A stretch of DNA of 64,000 nt from Narcine bancroftii (Eukaryota), in the NCBI RefSeq assembly GCF_036971445.1, contig NC_091473.1, positions 84,630,001 to 84,694,000 on the forward strand. Direction: 5' to 3'. Below, piece after piece: positions 1 through 14,029 of this stretch. The position numbers and the translations under genes were made by a program. A model generated the notes under the pieces. It worked only from the letters and a program-made list of their open reading frames with translations. It did no database searches and was not told the origin of the DNA. Numbering within the stretch: the stretch's first letter is position 1; every line of letters begins with the position of its first letter.

Positions 1-487
1 AAGTGGACTTCTTAGATTGCAGTTATTTAAATGCAAGTCTTTGTCAATGTGCAGTGTTAAGAAATCAAATTAGCAATTTAAGATGGGCTTAGATGGTGAT
101 GTCTGATGCAGTATTACAGCATTAATAGCATAACCATCTGCTTTCTGAACATTTCATTCATCAGATTTCTCTAGTTTCCCTCCCATGTTATTCTTGTCTA
201 ACATTCACCCTTTCTCTCGTCGTGTATTTAGCTTGTCAACTTTCATTTTTAATTACATTTGATGTGTTGCTTAATTAGTTTTGTCAGTAATCATCACTTG
301 CCCACACCCAATTCCATTTTTTCCCCTTCACCTATTTTTCTTTTTCCTGGTTTTGTTTTGCTTCGAATTTGATTTATTATAGTTTTCATTATGGCCAGCT
401 TTTTTAAATTTTTTTGTTGCTGTATTGTGATATTGATATTATTTTTATGTGAATTTTATATTAATTTCAAAATAAGTCAGTCACAAG

Positions 488-2645
488 TGTTATGAGCCCA
501 TAGAACTGTTCTCTGCAACAATAGATATTCACCAAGACCAATGGTTACTTAAACAAAAGTTGCTTTTAATTATCTTTAAACATGAAAACAGAATCACACT
601 TTAACTTATCACTATTGACTTAACTAACATAACTTAACCCCCTTCTAATTCTAAGCGCTTGTGTGTCTAATGTGTAAGTTCAGAACAGTTATTTGGTTCA
701 CAATCCAATCTCACTTCTCATTCTTGCAAGTTCACTGGTTGCAGGCAATTCTTATACTGTGCACAGAATTTAACATTTATAAAGTTCACCAGGCTTTGAT
801 GCTTGAAAGGTAAATGGTTTCCGCTCAGGAAGATTCTTGTTGGTTTTCAGAGAGATATTTGTTGTTCCGGGACACCCACAACTGATTTACTTCTTTTAGT
901 TGATGTAGTCTATCTGGATTTTAGCAAAGCTTTTGATAAGGTTCAACATGAAAGGTTAGTAAGGAAGGTTCAGTCACTAGGGATTAATAGAGAAATAGTA
1001 AGATGGGTTCAGAGGTGGCTGGAAGAGAGACAGCAGAGAGTCATGGTGGACAACTGTCTGTCAGGATGGAAGCCTGTGATGAGTGGCATGCCTCAAGGAT
1101 CGGTGCTAGGTCCCCTAATGTTCATAATTTATATTAATGATTTGGATGATGGGGTGGTTAACTGGGTAAGTAAATACACAGACAATACGAAAATAGGGGG
1201 AGTGGTGGATAGCGAGGAAGGTTTTCAGGGATTACAGAGGGAATTGGACTGAAAGATGGCAGATGGAATTTAAAGTAGAGAAGTGTGAGGTGCTTCATTT
1301 CAGAAAAAAAATAATCAAAATAGGACATATGTAGTAAAGGGGAGGACATTGGGGAATGCACAAGAACAAAGAGATCTTGGAGTTATGGTGCAGCGTTCCT
1401 TGAAGGTGGATTTCCATGTTGACAGGGTGGTTAAGAAGGCATTTGATATGTTAACCTTCATAAATCATAGCATATAGTATAGAAGATGGGAAGTGATGCT
1501 GCGACTGTTTAAGGTGTTGGTAAGGCCAGGTTTGGAGTACTTTGTTCAGTTCTGGTCTCCAAATTATAGGAAGGATATATATAAGGTGGAGAGGGTGCAG
1601 AGAAGATTTACAAGGATGTTGCCTGGCTTAAAATACCTAGAGTACAGAAAAAGATTGAAGAGGTTAGGATTTTATTCATTGGAACGTAGATGTTGAGAGG
1701 GGATTTGATAGAGGTGTTTAAAATTATGAAGGGAGTAGATAGACTAGATGCAAGTAGACTCTTCCCTCTAAGAGCAGGAGAGGTTGAAACAGGAGGACAC
1801 AAGTTGAGGGTAAGGGGGAAAAATTTTAGGAGAAATGTTAGAGGATGCTTCTTCACTCAGTGGCTGAATGGAATAATCATCCGGAGGAAATAGTTGAGGC
1901 AGAGTCGATTCTTTCATTTAAGAGGAGGCTGGATATATACATGAATAAGAGGGGGTTAGAGGGTTATGGGCAGAGAATAGGCAGGTGAATCTAGCGGAGT
2001 TGTTTGAGTGAACCGGCGTGGACTTGAAGGGCCGAGACAGCCTGTTTCCATGCCATAAACTGTTATATGGTTAATCAGCCACTTCAGTGTCTTGCCGAAG
2101 AAACTTGGCCCCTCAAGGTTCTCCAGATGATTACCTTTTTCTTTCAGGTCACCACAGAGTGCCTTTTTGTTTTACTTATTTTAAGTGAAACATCAGACAG
2201 CCAGTCCTCTTCTCTTGCATGAACCACAAGGGCTTTGACCAGGTTGAACTAAGCACGCACAACCCGTCTTCCAAATTGAGTTTTCCACAAGCTTGCCAGC
2301 TTGTCCTGTTGCTACTGCTGACTGTAGAACTGATCTCTCTCTCTCACTCGCAGAGAGAAAGCCTCTTGACTCTCTCTGCTTGCAAAACCACATGATTCTC
2401 CTAGAACAATCTGCGACTCTGACGAGCTCTTTCATCTGTTGCCTTTTTATAAATAACAATCCATTAGTGAAGTTTTTTGGGCACTCTTCAAAGCTTTTGT
2501 GAAGGCTCTGAGGCCCCGACACGTCTACCATGAGCAGAGCTCCAGTATATTAAATAAGATCTGTTTTAAAGTGTTTGTATGTGACCTACAACTAACAAAC
2601 CCTGCCCCAATTTATCTCCCCAAAACGTATCTATATTCTGTCACA
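488..2645. mobile_element. Solo LTR (Gypsy-like), split by a CR1 insertion at ~897-2072
   Basis: Starts TG (tgttatgagccc) and ends CA (tctgtcaca), with a 4-bp TSD CAAG at 484-487 and 2646-2649. Homologous in reverse complement to the element at 63349-64000. Confidence 0.75.
897..2072 (+). mobile_element. 5'-truncated CR1 LINE (RT C-terminal half plus 3' UTR), degraded
   Basis: ORF pieces DVVYLDFSKAFDKV..PQGSVLGP..YTDNTK, VQFWSP and LRGDLIEVFK. CR1 3' end ggccgagacagcctgtttcc...tgttatatggtt. Confidence 0.92.
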
Positions 2646-3687
2646 CAAGATTAATCACAGCAAATGTCGATTTATAACCAGATAGTGGCACCTTTTGATA
2701 AACATTTGTTAATTTGTGCATTACCAAATATTTTGGCTGGAAACATTTAAGATATTCTGTGTGGGAGTGAATTCCTTTTAATCAGCTTGTTTACTTCCCT
2801 TTCCACATTTAGTGTCCATTTTTTTAAAAGTTGTGAACTGCTGTTTACAAGTGCTGCAGTTCCTAAAATCAAGATGTTTGTTGCATGAAGATGTAGGATT
2901 TTTGACCAAATAAAGATGGAAAAAAATAGCAATATATTTCCACATCAGGATGGTTGTGAAACTTATTCAGTGGCCTGGACTTTGGTGGAGGCATAGTTTA
3001 AGTTTGGGAAATGACATCAAAGATATGTTGATGTGGTTATAATGGGTCACCTTGCGTTTACTTTGCAGTAATGGTTGAGGGAATGAATGTTGGAGGTAGA
3101 GAATGGGGAACTGATCATATCCTAGATTGTTGAGGATTTTTTTTAATTGTTATTGGAGCAGTGCCCATCTGAGCTTGAACTTGATGGCGCAAAAAAATTT
3201 AGGAAGTTGGGACCTTCCTGCCACGGACCCATCTAACATGCTCTCACAGGTTCCAATTTTAAAATGGCTGTTTATTGAAATGTGTCATTAGTGTTGATCC
3301 TCAGATTATCTATTGTTGGGCATTCCTGAGGTTAATGAGATTGAATTTCAAAGCAGTGGTTTGACTTCTTTCTTGGAGATGATCATTGCAGATACTTGTG
3401 TTGCATGCTTGATATTTGCTGCTATTCATAATATGAAACATGTCCTTTTCATATTGTTGGTAAGCATGAACTGCTTTATGATCCAAAGAACTGCAAACTG
3501 AATTGAACATTGTACGATTATCAGTAAAAATTCTTTTTTTGATGCTACAACGAAGAGAATAATCATCAGAAAAATCTTGCTCTACGGTACTCTTGTACTG
3601 GGCTACCAACAATTATGTACATCTGCTAAGTATAATTGATCTGTGGAAAGTCCTACCTCCAATTCCAATGCACTTTAATGTATACGT

Positions 3688-4108
3688 TGTAGCAAGCCAC
3701 TGAATGCGCCACACCCGAAGCGGCGACCCAGCATTGGGAGCCACAATCTACACAGCTGGCTGAGATGGGCTACACACTTCGAAGTCAGCGCTTGACTCAG
3801 CAACACACGGATGCAGTGCCCCACTACAATGGGCTAGCCAGCAGCAGTCAATCGAGTGGAGCTAGGGAAACATTCACACCCGGGGATGAGAGGGGCTCAC
3901 TAATTGGCTGCTCCCCAGGTAGCACTAAACAACCAATTCCAGGAAGCGGATCGTAATGCCACCAGTCGGGTGGCATGATGACATCGGAGATGGGCTTCTG
4001 AGCCCTTTATAAGCAGAGCTGCCAGCATGATAAATCAGTGTTGGATTCACTCCCATAGTGTATGTCTCTTCTTTGAGCATAACCTCTCCAGCAGTAGCAG
4101 CTGCTACA
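3688..4108 (+). mobile_element. Solo LTR (~420 bp)
   Basis: Termini TGTAGC...GCTACA (6-bp inverted repeat). 4-bp TSD ACGT/ATGT with one CpG-type mismatch. Internal TATA-like tttataa followed by a polyA-signal-like gataaa. Confidence 0.7.
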
Positions 4109-4117
4109 ATGTTTTCA

Positions 4118-4340
4118 TTTAATTTTAAAGATACAGTATGTTAAAAGGCCCTTCTGGCCCATGAAATCCATCCCATCCAATTACACCCAATTAACCTATC
4201 AATCCCATACGTTTTGAAGGGTGGGAGGAAACCTTATCACCCTGAGAAAACTCACGCAGGCCGCAGGGAAAACATACAAACAGAGCTGGATTCTAACCTG
4301 GGTTGCTGGCGCTGCAATAGCGTTATGCTAACAGCTACCC
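4118..4340 (-). mobile_element. tRNA-derived SINE (V-SINE/HE1-like) with CR1-type tail
   Basis: Reverse complement matches the SINE at 14030-14265 (box B-like ggttagaatcc, central ctgcgtgagttttctcagggtg..tttcctccca, tail gggccagaagggcc). Confidence 0.8.
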
Positions 4341-4403
4341 TAAACCACTCTTAATGGGATCTTTGATGCAACTTTAGGTTGGGCAGCCACTTTTATTTTA
4401 CAG

Positions 4404-4576
4404 TTTCTTTCTTTTTCTTTGGCTTGGCTTCGTGGACGAAGATTTATGGAGGGGTATGTCCACGTCTGCTGCAGGCTCGTTGGTGACTGACAAGTCCGAT
4501 GCGGGATAGGCAGGCACGATTGCAGCGGTTGCAAGGGAAAATTGGTGGGTTGGGTGTTGGGTTTTTCCTCCTTTGT
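4404..4576 (-). mobile_element. RTE LINE 3' end fragment
   Basis: Reverse complement of the 3' end at 46030-46200 (ataaatcttcgtcc..gaagccaagccaaagaa). Confidence 0.88.
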
Positions 4577-6489
4577 TTATGCCAAAGGCTTAAAGGTCTA
4601 ATGACAAGTGGACCTTCCCAATTTTGAACTACAGGCTTTGAATATGATTATGTGAAACTATTTGATTAGAATGTAGGATACCACTCCCAGTTATTTTAAT
4701 CACTCAAAAGACGTCATCAGGAAACACAGGGATATATGGCACAGCAAGTCAAAATTTTATCCCATAAGTGCTGCTTATGGTGACTTGGCATAAGCAACAA
4801 TGAGTAATTAAATGTCAGCAATTGCTGATGAGGATGGGACTTGGGTCAAAAACTTCTGTTTCATTGCTGGAATCTGTTATAGAGGAGACAGGAAGAATTT
4901 GAGGGATAAAAGGAGAAAAAGTAGGACTGCCAATAATTGTGTTTTAACAGGAGTTCCATATTTAAATATGAAATTAGCTGCCTGTACAATGTCATCAGAG
5001 GCTCTGTTTTCTTCATATTATTTTCTTAACGAGATCACCTTGAAACAAAGCATTAAATGACTTTGGAACAGTATTTGTCCAAAGTTAGCAAACAAACAAT
5101 AATCCATAATTTTGCAATCAAAAACAAGTATTGCTCGCTCTCCGGTGATCAATACATTAATTGTAACTAGCTCAAAGGGATCCTTCCAATGAGGAATTCT
5201 GGAATCCCTGCTATCCTTCCAAAGCCATTTCTGGATAATAAATACCACCCTCAACACTTTCTTAATTTTCAAGAACTTCGCCAACTTAGCTGTTTTTTTT
5301 GCATCTCAGGAGGTTTATAATTTTAGTAATTAATTCCAGACATTTGCTGCAACTGAATGCTTTGCAAGACTATTTCAAAGGTCGTCATCTGCATTACCAT
5401 GGAGTTACATAAGATCAGACCGTGGATTTCCTTCTTTCAGTGAAGCAGATGCATCTTTGCAATAAGATGTAGCTTTGAGATTTACCATTACTGTTGTGAG
5501 CATTTTGTAATTCATCCATAGAAGGAACTGAATTTAAATTTCTCATCTATATCTTCAGAGGATTGTTAAAAACATTAAACACAAGCATTGAGATAAGATG
5601 TTAAACTGTAATATTTATCCTGTTATTGATGATTTCAGCATGTACGTAACTTGTCAGTATTTGATATCCAGGGAAAATACTTCAATTGAGCTAAATTTGC
5701 TGGGAAGTTTTCAATGTATTTTCCTTGAATCTCATGAATACCATGGATTGCATGCTTTAAATTGCAAGAAATTATGACTGGAAATGCAACAGTGTAGTCA
5801 ACAATACCTGTGGCTTACCAATATTTTCTCAGTATGGTTTCTACATAAAATGCCATATTACTCATCATGACTTGAGGACTTCATTGGGATAGTTTTATGT
5901 CAGTGACATAGCCAGTACCATAATGCGACATCGTTATTTCTGTGAGGTTTTTTTTAGTTGACAAAGAATTGAGTAACTGGCACGGTTTTAAGCCTTTGAA
6001 AGGGAACTCAATGTAATTTATTGGATGGTATTAGTTTGTAATGGATTAATATTTGTATGAAGGTTTATTCACTATTTTCTATCGTTCATCTATTTATTCT
6101 TAAATGCAGACAAAAATATATTGTGAATTAGTTTGTTCAACAATATTCTCAATGTTTTTAAGCTTCTTTATTTTATTCAGATGTATATGTAATTCACAGG
6201 GAGTAGTAAGTTTAACAGTTACATTTAGAAAGATGGTGAATTATTAAATATACAGTCGTGGGCCTAACAAAGGCAAGTTAGTTGATGAATGAAGAAAAAA
6301 GATTACCTTTAAAATGGTCTTTGCACTTAAAAACTAGGCATAACATAAAACAAAACCAAAGAGCTATCTGATGATGGTGTCAAAATACTTGTAATTCCAA
6401 TATTTTTTATATTTCAAGATGAATTATTTTAGATGTTTCAAACAATCAAAATAATCAGTGAAGACAAAATTATGTTAAAACAGGAGCAT

Positions 6490-6890
6490 TTGTAATGAGG
6501 AACAAAATAAGTGCAAGATAAAAAAAAATAAATACTTGGTTTCTATCTTCACAGATGAGGATACAAATAAACACAGAATGTGAGGGAACTAAGAATTGAA
6601 TGAAAATGAGAAATTAAAGGACATTTATATTGCTGACAAAATGCTGCTGCGGAGGTTACTGAGACTGAAAGTCAATAAATCTCTATGGCCTGAGAATCTA
6701 CATAACAGAATATTAAAAGTAGCGGGCATGGAAATAGTGTTTGTTGTCTTCCATGGGTCTGTAGATTGTAGAATGGTTTATGCTGTCTTGAGGGGGGCAA
6801 GAGTAATCCCAATAAGTGGAGAGAGAGAGAAAATTAGAAACTTTAGATTGCTTAACCTTACATCGATAGTAGGGAAATTGCCAATGCAGG
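6490..6890 (+). mobile_element. Old CR1 ORF2 fragment
   Basis: Degenerate LKVNKSLWPENLHNRILK...NFRLLNLTSIVGKL, matching the CR1 KSPGPDGLHPRVLK...NYRPVSLTSVVGKL motif. Confidence 0.7.
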
Positions 6891-7194
6891 ATTTGTGCTT
6901 TTTTTGGAGGGATCTAATATCTCAGAACTCATCTTCGAATGCTTTATCCAATTGCAATCTCCTTCATTATGCATTCATAGAGAGACACCGAGGCTACTGA
7001 TTGGATCACTGGAAGCTCTTTTTTGGAATGAAACTTGCACTTTATATGATTCTGTTCAAAACAAATGTGTAGGTACTAGCAATTTTGGAAATGGAGCAGC
7101 TAATCTGTGAATCCCAAGTTTTTCAATTTTTTTTTAGTGATATTGATTAAGTAAATGGCTCCACTGTTGTTTTAAACTGAGTCAGGGGACAAGG

Positions 7195-7375
7195 GACACA
7201 CAGGAAACTGCAGAAACTGGAATCTGATGCTCAACACACACTCTGCTAGAGGAACTCAGTGGGGCAAGCATCATCAGTGGGAGTCTCGATAAAGAGTATT
7301 AGCTTGAAACATCAGCCGTTTATTTTCTCCCATTGATACTCCATGTCCTGCTGAGTTCCTCTAGCACAATGTGTT
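7195..7375. mobile_element. Short Penelope-derived inverted-repeat element
   Basis: tgctagaggaactcag ... ctgagttcctctagca inverted repeat. Same terminal motif as the element at 30043. Confidence 0.55.
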
Positions 7376-7979
7376 CAACATCATGAGATAGGGTTTCATT
7401 CAAACCGTGCTTCAGGTAGACATGCAGAATTACGGCAAAAACTGTAGACTTGAAGAGACATGGAAAAGATCAGTTTGTCAGTGAATAAGGAGTTTGGAGA
7501 GAAACAGAAGACAAACAGGAACAAAAAGAAAATAGAGGCATCCTAGCTATTGTCTAGGTTTCAACATTCAGAAAGAGGGTGGACAAATTCTGAGTGTGGA
7601 AAAATAGTCTAAAATAGAAGTCCAATTCTAGTGACTTGTTGATTTATCACATCCATTGTGATCACCAGAGATTTGCTCAATCACTTTTAAGAGTTAGTTA
7701 AGAATTTTCTGTGCTTTCTTGTTCTAAAGCTAATTGTGTGATTGATGGTTAGAGGCAAAATCTGAAGCTTGCACTTATTTGGATCTGCACAATCTTGATT
7801 GACCACCTGGTATTTCTTATCCTTTTTACTATATTTTTAATTAAGGTTCTGAAATTCCTTAAATATTAATTGAATTTTGTTTTAAGCTAGTTACCATAAT
7901 TGACAATAATTCAATTCCCAGTACTTGTTATTCATTGATTAAATTCTAATTGATTGAGTATTTCTTCCCGTCTAGTATT

Positions 7980-10145
7980 ATTTTTTTGAATATTTTATTT
8001 TGAGAATTTTCAATCAACATGCAGTCAAAATGAAGAATAATCAAAAAGAAAAGCGTTAATATAAATAACATGAACAAAATAATACAAATATCTAAAGAAA
8101 GTGAGAAAAAAGAAGTCAACATGTGATTCAATTATAAAGAAAGAAAAATTACAATAATACTACAAAAGTGCAAATTCAATGTCCTTGTTGAACCAAAGGG
8201 AGAAAAAGATAATAGAGAGAAAGAAGAACAATATAAGAAGAACCCTCCCATTCCCCCAAGAGAAAAGAAGAAAAAGTAAGAAAAGAGAAGATTGGCTTCA
8301 CCTAGGGTAAACCCTGCTCCCATCAAGGGACAAATAATCTGACTTAGCTTGGGTCCTAAGTGCTGCGAGCACTGGGGGGAAGAGACAGGAGGGGAGAATC
8401 ATTAAAGATTTACCTCGATGTACCTTGGATATGAATTCCATATTCTTGAAAATATATCATACCTGTTATTGAAGTGATAGGTGATCTTCTCCAGAGAACA
8501 CAATTATTTATTTCTATCTTCCAGTAGGCTAAACCTAGTTGGGTATCAGATTTTGAAGTAACTGCTATGCATTTCCTGGCCACTGCTAAAGCAAGCTTAA
8601 TGAATTTTAATTGATATTGCGAAAGCCTCATTTTAGGTCTTATTTCTTCTAAATTCCCCAGTAAAAAAACACAGGTGCCTGAGAGAATCGAATTGCAGTA
8701 ATTTCTTCCAGGAGATTACCCAAATCTTACCAGAAAGGCCTCACTGTAGGGATTGACCAGTTTGAAGGCAAGAAAGTGCCTATTTCTTGACCACATTGAA
8801 TACATTGGTATGATATTTCTGATTTCAATTTATGCAACTTTTGTGGAGTAAGGTATAGCTGATGCAAGAAGTTATATTGCACCAGCCGATAACTTGTACT
8901 AATCATGTTAATCATGTTGTCCTGACATATATCGGACCAGCAAAATGAATCAATTTCTATAACCAAATCTGATTCCCACCTTTGCCTTGATTTATCAAGT
9001 CCTTGTTTGGGGGTTACTGCCTGAAATAATGAATATATTTTTGAAATTAATTTTTTTTTGTGCTCCCCTTTCAAACCAGAGTCTATTTCACTTCACTGCA
9101 GTAAGGTTAGTACTGGACTTAATTTGTCTGTTAAATAAGATCATAACTGAAGATAGCAGAAAATAAGATGTATCTAAAACTCCATATTTATTCCTAATTT
9201 ATTCAAATGTGATAAATTGTCCCTGCTCATAAAAATCCTCAATACACTTGACCCCTGTCTGGAACCGTGTCTGATTTTATTATTAATCATTAATGGAATT
9301 AACATACTTTGAGCCAAGGGTGCTTAGGTGAAGGACTCCCCCCCATGACCCGTCCCCAATTTGTCCACTAATTTTATTTCATACTGTAACTATATGCTTT
9401 AATCACGGGGCTTCTTTAGGGCCAGTTAATAATTTAGAATTCCATTTACATGAAAGGTTTTCTGCTATCCTCTCACTAACCTTAAGCAACTCCAATTTTA
9501 TTAATGAAAACATGTCTCCTCCATCAAAGAGGGAGGTGACAAACATCGATTGGGTTGCCCAAATATAATTTTTGAAATCTGGGACCGTTAATCCTCCTAA
9601 TTCATAATTCAAAGTTAATTTAGCAACAGAGACTCTGGAAGGCTTATCTTTCCATAGAAACTTCCTGATGCATTTATTAAGATTTTGAAAGAATCTCTGA
9701 GGTATAGGAACAGGAAAACTTTGAAAAAAATATTGTACTCTAAGCAGCACACTCATTTTAATACAGTTGACCTTTCCAAACAAAGTTATTGTCACCCATT
9801 TATTAAGATCATCCTCAATTTTACAAAGCATGGGAAGATTTATATAAATTCTGCAGGGTGTTATCTTCCTTAATACCTAAATATTTAATCCCATTGAGTG
9901 GCCACTTAAATTGAGAATTTCTCTTAATTTTTTCATAATTCCCACCTGTAAGTGGATGACTTCACTCTTGTCCCAATTGACTTTATAGCCTGATATTATC
10001 CCAAAATCTTCTCATTTAGTCTGCAGTTTTTGTAATGAGTTAAATGGTTCTGTCAGACATATCAGAACATCATCAGCAAATAAATTGATTTTATGTTCTT
10101 CATGATTGATCGTGAAACCCTTTATGTCTAGATCTAGATGGATGG
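7980..10145 (-). mobile_element. 5'-truncated L1-clade LINE (RT C-terminus, Cys-rich domain, 3' UTR, polyA)
   Basis: Minus-strand pieces INLFADDVLI, GKVNCIKM..RKFLWKDKPSRV, QYNFLHQLYLTPQKL..CIQC and ALAVARKCIAV. T-run plus tttatt at 7980-8000. Confidence 0.9.
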
Positions 10146-10242
10146 AATTCTGCTAACTGCTCAACAGCCAGGAGGAAAAGAGCTGGAGACCATCTAGTAT
10201 TATTCTTTGTAAGCACGGAGTATTTGTTGTTAAATCCTCATT

Positions 10243-10500
10243 GTGGCTATCCCTATCCCTCATCGAGGATGATGGCCTTCGTTCCGTTGCCCACAGAGCA
10301 AAGATGCTTGTGTGTGTATTTGTTTGATGTGTACTTAATATTGCACCCCAAGAAGTACACAATACTTCACAAATCAACCAACTAATTCCAATGGCATGGA
10401 AACCATGATGATTGGAGCTGATGGATTTGTTGCGACTTTCATCTGGCTTCACAGCCGTTGAGTTCAGAGTAACGTTTTCTGCTTGTTCCACCATTGAAGA
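10243..10500 (-). mobile_element. Probable RTE-type 3' end fragment
   Basis: Minus strand ends catcatcctcgatgagggatagggatagcca, resembling RTE 3' termini. No clear protein motif. Confidence 0.35.
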
Positions 10501-11249
10501 CTTGGTGTTAAATAATATATGCTTCATCAAATGTTAAAAAATATATTTGGATATAAAGCACATATATCATCAATAAATATTGTTTGAAATAGCCTTACTG
10601 TTCAGTTTTCATGAACAGGTGGCAAAATAAGGCCATGGTAACTTAAATGAAGTACAAAAGAACTTTGTCTTCAATATTGACTTCATAGTTCTGATGCATA
10701 CTCACTTGCTTCTGTATGCTGGTGTTCTATGGATCTATTGTGCTCTCAACCCACAGCCGTGGCTGCTTCCTTCAAAAATGCTCTCAGGAAAGGAAATAAA
10801 TTACATTACATTATTAATAAATTTAACTTAATCTCTAGAGGGTTATCTGAACAACTTCACGAGAGGATAACTGATTTAATTATCAGTCAAATAAAGGCTT
10901 CTTTTGTGTCCAAAAATATGTGACCTTTGTATGACTGATCACTGAAAATTGTTTGAACAGTGGCAAAAAACTGTCTTGATTAAAGTTGGAATTTATTTAA
11001 TGACGTGAGCATCTAAAGTAATCTTGATAATAGAATGTTACCTTTTAAAAATTTAATGGTGGAGATCTGATTTTAACTTGCATTGAACCCACTGCTTCTA
11101 TAACTAAGGAGGATCTATTCCTAAGAAGGATCTTGAAAACTTGTTTGGGGTTTTTGTCATTGGGTTCTAAAAAATCTTCACAGTATATTTTCTAACTCTT
11201 CTTTGCATATTTCATTACTGACCAAGCCTACAGCTTTTTGTTGGTAAAA

Positions 11250-11465
11250 ACACAAAAATGCTGAAGGAACTCAGCAGTCTTGCAGCACCCGAGGGAGGTA
11301 AAATTATATAACCATGTTTCAGGCCTGAGCCCTTCTTCAAAGTACAAGCAAAAAACATGTAGGAGTCTGAATAAAAAGGCTGGGGCCTTCTTCCCTAGCC
11401 CTGTTATTCAGACGTCTGCCTGTTTTTTGGCCCGAAATATTGGTTATATCATAGCACCTGCAGAC
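11250..11465. mobile_element. Penelope-derived short element
   Basis: acacaaaaatgctgaaggaactcagcag...tgtttcaggcctgagcccttcttcaa, shared with 30043-30140. Confidence 0.6.
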
Positions 11466-12876
11466 TTTCGTGATTCATGTAGCTATTTGCTGGTGATCAA
11501 CATTAAATCTTAGTTATGCGTAATTAAATGGTACTTTGATTAAGAAACCTTGAATATTATCTGACAAAGATACTATGAATAAGAGTAATGGCATTCATAA
11601 AAGTAATATATTGGTCTTCATAGGGCCTCTATGTCCTTTCCTTTAAATATATTTAAATCAATTTTGCTATTTAATGGCTATTACGAGAGAGAGTTGCTTC
11701 ATACTTTAGCACCATTGTCTTCCAATAAAATTGAAAGATATTTTTGGATATACTCAAGTGGAATAAGGATGGTTTTTAAATAATCATGGTGATACTGCTT
11801 TTTCAGTCAATATCAAATACAATTTGCAAAGTGGTTTGGAGGATAAATTCACACAATGTTTGATAAACAGTTTCCAGGTCATTTTAGATCTTGTCTTATC
11901 TCATGAGTCAGGGTTAATTTGTAATCTCATAATGACTAAGAAAGTGTAATAATATATTCAAAAGTTGAGTTCAAAAGTGATAAACTAACATTTTAAACCA
12001 AAATTTTAAATTTAAAACTGAGTAAAGCCCTTGCTAAATATTCGCAGAAATATTTCAGAAGTACATGAGAAATGGAAGGAGTAGATCCTTTGATTCCTCA
12101 GGCTTGTTCTACCATTCCAGTAAGTTGTGGTTAACCTTTTACTTTAGCACTACTTGGTAAAGGGAAACAAATGATTGAAGGACTTGCAATATCAACCAGT
12201 TGTAAATTTGGCGGATTGATTGAGTATTAGAAATAAGCAAGGGTGGTTAAACAATTGATAAATAGGAAGAAGTAGATGTTGTAACTAACAGAAAATAAAA
12301 GAATAGATTAAAAATAGGTCAAAAGTAATCACTGCACCTTTCGAGTCTAAGATTGGAAAAATTACAATAAGGAAGTAATAGTAGATATTGAACCAAAACA
12401 ATCAAGCATCTAATGTGATGAATGTGTCTAATGTTAAAACTATATTTCATATATATATATATCTCTCTCTTAGCAAAAGTTAGTTTTGGGTGGACAGGGC
12501 TCACTTTACATTCTACAGACACACATTGTTCTTTGCAGTTAGTTGCTGGCTTCAGCATCAACAAATGCATTTGCATCTTAAACTCCATTGACCACAGAAG
12601 CCAGTTTGAAAGCCAAAGAGTGTGCTGTGGCATTGCAAGGAGAGGAGATTAAAGATTTTTTTATGATGGTTCTTGAGATAAGTGGAACAATGGATAGTTT
12701 GCTTGAGTATACAAGAAGCCATTTAGTTAGTAAATTCTAGACAGCCAGGAAACAGTAGAGAAACATCAAACAAAGTTAAATACTTTGATTCTGTAAGTAA
12801 ATGGACAGAGATGCTTTTAGCACATAAGTGTCAAGAGATATTATAAACTTCAAAGATAGAAATGATGTACATCCCA

Positions 12877-13437
12877 TGTGACATGAGAGATGTACAAAAC
12901 TATATTATGAAATGAGAGATAAAAATTTCAGACAGGATTGAAAGCAGCAATATTTCTTGCAGAGGGGAAAAAAAGCTCCCTGTTACCTTTGAAAAAGGGC
13001 AGCACAGAATAAGTGGCTTTGAAATAAGTAAGGCCACTTCTGACTGTCTCTTTAAGATATGGATGGCAGTTTCATCGTTTGGAACATAGATTCAAAAGTC
13101 TTCTTTCAAGAGAAAATACTCGTGTGAAGAAAATCTGAAAGACAAATTATCAAAAGAATTGTGAGTTAAAGAGGCCTGAAGATACGATGTTTAAAACCAC
13201 CATAATTGTTTCTGAACTGAAAAATTTAAGACCTTCAAACAAGACCAAAATGATGCTGATCTTTTAAATGGACTTTTCAGAGTTTGGGACTTCAACATAT
13301 ACACACACACATATTTATTTTGGTGCATAGTGGGGGTTTAAGTTAGAGATAAGTAAGACATGTCATGTTTAATAAAAACTTATTTTGAATTTACCATAAT
13401 AAGTTTTGCCATTGCTGTTCCTTTGTTAGTGCTAACA
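12877..13437. mobile_element. Degenerate solo LTR, distantly related to 488-2645 and 63349-64000
   Basis: TGTGACA start and TAACA end, with a similar 3' block (acacac..gggggtttaagtt..ttgctg). No TSD match. Confidence 0.45.
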
Positions 13438-13539
13438 AAGTCTCTTTAGTTCCTAAAAATAATTAATAAGGTTATTAGTTTGTAACACTAAGAAGAATGA
13501 GGCATTTCAGTAAAACATTAGAATATGAAGCATTATATT

Positions 13540-13835
13540 AATAAAGAAAGATATACTGTAAAACTAACAGGACTTAAATATGACAAATCCCCTGAATTAT
13601 CAAAAGTTTATAAAATGTGTGGCTGTAGAGATAGATGATGTTTTTGGAATTTATGATCCAAATTTCTCAAAAATCTGGAGTGGTTTCTATGAATTGGAAA
13701 ATAGCAAATTTAAAACTGGAAAGGTACAGTACAACGCATAGATGGAATAAGGAGTGAATATAGACTAACAAGTCTAACATCAGTTGTTGAGAAAATGCTG
13801 GAATCCATTATTAAAGATGTCACAGAAAGGCACTG
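13540..13835 (+). mobile_element. Old CR1 ORF2 fragment
   Basis: Degenerate gacaaatcccctg..., tggaaaatagcaaat and ctaacatcagttgttgagaaaatgctggaatccattattaaagat (LTSVVxKMLESIIKD). Confidence 0.6.
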
Positions 13836-14029
13836 AGAAAGCCTGGCTATTTGTATAATCAACTAACTCCCCTCCATTCATCTGCCGAACTCTTATCTAT
13901 GTCATAGATTATTCAAATGCCCTCATGCTTAACTCCTGGAATGTCTACAGGTGTATGGTGAGAATTGAGGGAGAGGTGGGTGGGTTGGTGTATTGGAGGA
14001 GGCACTACGGTAATGGGATACATCATATA

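Noticed and set aside
4950-5060. Candidate upstream SWT1 exon after ttttaacag
   Set aside because: The translation does not resemble the expected SWT1 segment and I found no suitable phase-2 donor. The preceding exon probably lies before the window.
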